Below, one piece after another: positions 52,015 through 64,000 of a DNA stretch of 64,000 nt. Each line of letters opens with the position of its first letter. Position 1 is the first letter of the stretch. The notes under the pieces were generated by a model that saw only the letters and a list, made by a program, of their open reading frames with translations, did no database searches and was not told the origin of the DNA. The DNA is from the human T2T-CHM13v2.0 reference genome, Homo sapiens, in NCBI RefSeq assembly GCF_009914755.1, contig NC_060938.1, one strand, 5' to 3'. Made by a program: the position numbers and the translations under genes.

Positions 52015-53810
52015 TGAACTCCTGACTTCATGATCTGCCCACCTTGGCCTTCCAAAGTGCTGGGATTACAGGCATGAGGCAAAAGTAACCTTTGTCTATA
52101 TGAAATAGCAGATTTTTAAAAATATATCCTATTTTGGCAAAACAGAAAGTGAGTAAACTTATCCCATAATTTAAAAAAATTTTGGGGCCAGGTACGGTGG
52201 CTCACACCTGTAATCCCAGCACTCTGGGAGGCCAAGGCAGGTGGATTGTGAGGTCAGGAGTTCAAGACCAGCCTGGCTAAGATGGTGAAACCCTGTCTCT
52301 ACTAAAATTAGCCAGGCGTGGTGGTGGGTGCCTATAATCCCAGCTACTCGGGAGGTTGAAGCAGAGAATTGCTTGAACCCAGGAGGCAGAGGTTGCAGTG
52401 AGCCGAGATCACGCCATTGCATTCTAGCCTGGGTGACAGAGCAACATTCCATCTCATAAAAAAAAAAAAATTTATACATCTGTGAAACCCCCAAATCTTG
52501 AGAGTATCTTTATTAGTCATAGTTATTAAAATAGCAAGGGGCCAAGTGTGCTAGCTCATGCCTGTAATCCCAGCATTTTGGGAGGCGGAAGCAGGAGGAT
52601 CACTTGAGGCCAGGAGTTTGAGACTGGCCTGGCCAACATGGCAAAACCCCATCTCTACAAAAATAGAAAAAGTAGCCAGGTATGGTGGGACACTCCTGTA
52701 GTCCCAGCTACTCAGGAGGCAGAGGCAGGAGAATCGCTTGAACCCAGGAGGCGGAGGCTGCAGTGAGCTAAGATTGCACCACTACACTCCAGCCTGGACA
52801 ACAGAGCAAGACTCCATCTCAAAACAAACAAACAAACACAAAAAACCAGCAAGGGATTAAAAACACTAAATTTCATTCTAAAAAATTTCTTAATGAAAGA
52901 ATTAAAACCACTTTTATAACAGCACTGAGGTAGCAATTTATAATCCCCCTATATGACAATATCACAGCACAGCATATAATATAAAAAGATATAAAAATGA
53001 AACTAAATCTAAGGGAGTATAATGAAACTGAATTCTTTTTATCCTACTGTACAGCTTTAGGAACTTATAAAAGTACATCATCATCAATTATAATTCTCAA
53101 AAGTATGATAAGAAATCAATAGCAATGTGAGGTCAAATATAGAATGAAGTATCACCAAACTCAACAGCACTGGCCAGGCACCATGGCTCATGCCTGTAAT
53201 CTCAGCATTTTGGGAGGCTGAAGCAAGAGGACCACTTAAGGTCAGGAATTCAAGACCAGCTTGGCCAACATGGTGAAACCTCATCTCTATAAAGAAAAAA
53301 AAAATGCAAAAAAACCCCAACAACATCATTAACCACAAAGAAGGGCAATTAATAAAAACAAGTGAATTTAAAAAAAAAAACAAACAGGATATGCCTACTT
53401 TTCTGGAAGGGCCCAGGAGAATTCAGAATATTCCAACAAAGATGAACAGAAGAAAGGCCTTTTAGGTCAGTATGCCAATAATAATCAATAATAACTGGAA
53501 CACTCTTTATCCTGTATAATTGTGTGGATCACTCTCTCTTCATTTACCTCTCTGCTCAAATCCTACCTTCCTAGAAAGGTTCCCCCAATACTTCATCCAA
53601 AACGGTATCCCCTATCACTCTCTATCCCCTTCCATGCTTTTAAAAACACTATTTTATGGCACTTATTACCTGACATTATGTACATATTTTCCTCTACCAA
53701 AAAGAGTTAGCTCTATTGAGCCTTGTCTGCTTTATTTACTTCTATACTCTCAAAATTTGGCACACAGTAGCTCTTAGTAAATTAAGAAAAAGGACAAGAG
53801 CCCTTATTAC

Positions 53811-53923
53811 CTGATGATGGTACACCCACCAAGCACTAGTGATAACTCGTGCATCCCAAGCAGCACTGTAGCAAAGTGCCATTGTGCCAGCTTCAGTCAA
53901 GGTCCGTGGGGGGATGGGTTCTC
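53811..53923 (-). CDS. NEMF: NEMF exon 19 ([38 protein letters not shown])
   Basis: tctag|GA...CAG|gtaata, 113 nt. Confidence 0.96.
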
Positions 53924-54015
53924 CTAGAATAACAATGCATAATGTTTCAATACCAAAGTATGGACTTTCTCCAGAGCAAGATATGAAAATCACATGCCGC
54001 ATGACAGGGTCAATG

Positions 54016-54022
<7 letters not shown>

Positions 54023-54062
<40 letters not shown>
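54023..54062. repeat. (TA)20 microsatellite at an Alu tail
   Basis: Counted directly. Confidence 0.93.
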
Positions 54063-54078
<16 letters not shown>

Positions 54079-54659
54079 GAGATGGAGTTTCGCTCTGTTG
54101 TTCTGGCTGGAGTGCAATGGCGCGATCTCAGCTCACTGCAACCTCCGCCTCCCGGGTTCAAGCAATTCTCTGCCTCAGCCTCCCGAGTAGCTGCAATTAC
54201 CAGCGCCCGCCACCATGCCCGGCTAAATTTTTGTATCTTTAGTAGAGATGGGGTTTCACCATCTTGGTCAGGCTGGTCTTGAACTCCTGACCTCGTGATC
54301 CACCCACCTCGGCCTCCCAGAGTGCTGGAACTACAGGCATGAGCCACCGAACCCGGCCGGTCAATCACATATCTTAAATACTAATACATTTTTACTTCAC
54401 CATTATAAAAAGTTACTATTTTAATTAAAAATGTATTTTTAATACTCCTATTTACAGAGCAAGCTTTTAAATGACCTACGTAAATAAAACATGTCAGAGA
54501 AGAAATATCCTCTCACATCAATAATTCTAACTTCACTCCAGAAAAGATAATTTAGAGAAATCCATTTAAAGTTTGAAGACTTCCAAAATTAAAATAGATT
54601 GGCTGAATCATGAACATGAAGAGCATATATGAATAACATGTCCCTTATGGTTAGATTTC

Positions 54660-61430
<6,771 letters not shown>

Positions 61431-61455
61431 CTTTTATCATTACATCTTTTTTTAT

Positions 61456-61458
<3 letters not shown>

Positions 61459-61488
<30 letters not shown>
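61459..61488. repeat. (GT)15 microsatellite
   Basis: Counted directly. Confidence 0.93.
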
Positions 61489-61489
<1 letters not shown>

Positions 61490-61736
61490 ACCCAAGCTGA
61501 TCCTCCCACCTCAGCTTTCTGTAGCTGGGACTACAGGTGCATGCCACTGCACCCAGCTTTTTAAAAAAATTTTTCTAGAGATGAGGTTTCACTTTCTTGC
61601 CCAGTCTGGTCTCAAACTCCTGGCCTCAAATAATCCTCACACTTCAGCCTCCCAAAGTGCTGGGATTACAGGCATGAGCCACCACATCTGGCCCTCTATT
61701 AAATTTTTGTCTTACAGTCACACTAAAAATATTTTA

Positions 61737-61841
<105 letters not shown>

Positions 61842-61874
61842 TTAAATACAGACAAATAAAAAATGACACTTTAA

Positions 61875-62160
<286 letters not shown>

Positions 62161-62538
62161 TGAGATTACAGGCGTGAGCCACCACGCCCGGCCAAGTCCT
62201 ACTTCTAGGTGTGAAAAATGATTGCAAACTTTAACACCACTACAGTAAGCTTTTAAAAATTTGACCTACAATAACTTTGAAGACTGAAAGTTATTCTGTT
62301 AATGTAATGTACTGAAAGTCCAACACTGCAGATTAGCTCAGCAATACCATTTTAGGAATATTCACTTAAGAACTAAAAGCATCAAAACACATATGCAACA
62401 AACCATGAAGCATCATGCATCAAATCTTTCTACTAGTTAAATCTATCAAACAGAAGAGTATAACAAGAAAATCAATGCCTAATATTGAGATAACTGATCC
62501 AAACATTCAAGAGAAAATTTTTCCGAATTTTAATCTTA

Positions 62539-62670
<132 letters not shown>

Positions 62671-63929
62671 TTAACTTTTCTTTATAGCTGCCTGAATTCA
62701 TACCCTTTTTGCAAACAAAACAAAACAGGAAGCTATTTAAGACAAGTTGATGGTTTAATTTTTTTAAGGCATCAAGCTTAATTTTACTAAAAACCTATAA
62801 TACAAATTGCCCTAGGATATTCTTTAGACAGTCTTAGAAAAAAGAAATTAAATTCTATGTTTAAAAAAGTTATCTCCTTACTCCATATAGCCTTCTTAAA
62901 CTCAACTTCTAACAATAAATTTCATAAAGCAAAAGTATAAAATGTCATATGGTCCTTAGGTTTAGCTTTCTTTTAGTGAGGCACTGAATAGGCTTTAGAC
63001 CACTAATAAGAAAGAAATGTTGTTTTCCCACTCTGCTCTCAATAAATGAACGTAATTAATCTTTAATATGATATTCTTTACATTTTTTTAAATACAAAAG
63101 ACCAAAAATTGTCTTTAGGAGGATAAAATTACAACTTTTCTCAAAAGACAAAATAACTTGGGTTTTCATGATTAATACCTGCAAGATAAAAAGTACAGAG
63201 TATATTATCTGTATGACATTTAGAAAATGACATGCAAGACAGATGAACATAAATACTTGCTACATTATATATGACTACAGAGATTATCTTCTGTATGATT
63301 TAATCCACACTTTTTAAAACTTTTGGTTAAAAATGGTAGACTAAGCACAGATACTTAACTTAAACTCCCTAATATAATAGTGAAAGGACTTTACTATTTT
63401 CTAATCTGATTTTTTGATTGGGTAACACATACTCATGGTTGAATAAATTTTTTTACTTATATAAAAAAGGTCAGCTGGACACGGTGCCTCACGCCTGTAA
63501 TCCCAGCACTTCGAGAGGCCAAGGTGGGCGGATCACGAGCTCAGGAGATCGAGACCATCCCGGTTAACATGGTGAAACCCCGTCTCTACTGAAAATATGA
63601 AAAATTAGCCGGGTGTGGTGACAGGCGCCTGTAGTCTCACCTACTCGGGAGGCTAAGGCAAAAGAATGGGGTGAACCTGGGAGGCGGAGCTTGCAGTGAG
63701 CTGAGATGGCACCCCTGCACTCCAGCCTAGGCAACAGAACGAGACTCTGTCTCAAAAAATAAATAAATAAAAAACAAAAAATATAAAAAAGATAGTGAGA
63801 GATCCTGCATCCCTTCAGTTCCTGTCACTACACCAAAGAGGGAGCCATTGTGACTGGCTTCCTGAGTATCCGTCTCAAGATTCTTTATACATAGAAAAGC
63901 TAAAATATTTATCCCAATCTTCTCTTTTT

Positions 63930-64000
63930 TGTTGCGGGAAGTCAGGGACCCTGAACAGAGGGACCAGCTGGAGCTGTGGCAGAGGAATATAAATTGTGAA
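63930..64000 (+). mobile_element. 5' start of a MER11 LTR (HERV-K11/HML-8), truncated by the window end
   Basis: TGTTGCGGGAAGTCAGGGACCC...ATAAATTGTGAA matches the remembered MER11 5' end. Confidence 0.85.

Noticed and set aside
53742-54368. 208-aa minus-strand ORF
   Set aside because: Alu + (TA)n + intron in frame with NEMF exon 19; only 53811-53923 is genuine coding sequence.

Overview
Primate (almost certainly human) genomic DNA from the KLHDC2/NEMF locus (14q21.3 by gene identity). 1-14.7 kb is intergenic and repeat-dense: an old L1M element is interrupted by a full-length but decayed L1PA7-like element (minus strand, about 946-8003, with nested Alus and an intact antisense ORF0-like frame), followed by many Alus. 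A CpG island (about 15.3-16.6 kb) precedes KLHDC2 on the + strand. All 13 coding exons were reconstructed by hand (16262-30747; 1221 nt = 406 aa; CRL2 C-end degron receptor). Converging on it from the - strand are the last 17 coding exons of NEMF (62647 down to the stop at 32426; 1654 coding nt, all GT-AG, frame continuous). About 60 Alus, L1M/L1PB fragments, DNA-transposon fossils, an MLT1 LTR and the start of a MER11 LTR fill the introns. I found no wholly new gene system that I can support. The best leads are: (i) polyA-signal geometry allowing reciprocal sense/antisense 3' overlap between a C-terminal degron reader (KLHDC2) and a C-terminal tail writer (NEMF); (ii) a young ~293-bp tandem duplication in the NEMF 3'UTR that doubles a Pumilio site; (iii) an L1+Alu block sharing one target-site duplication, with ORF0 and splice donors facing KLHDC2; (iv) a 12A-1 poly(A) track in the NEMF coding sequence and several candidate isoform switches. 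Repeat subfamily names and NEMF exon numbers are from memory of consensus sequences and gene models, not from a search.
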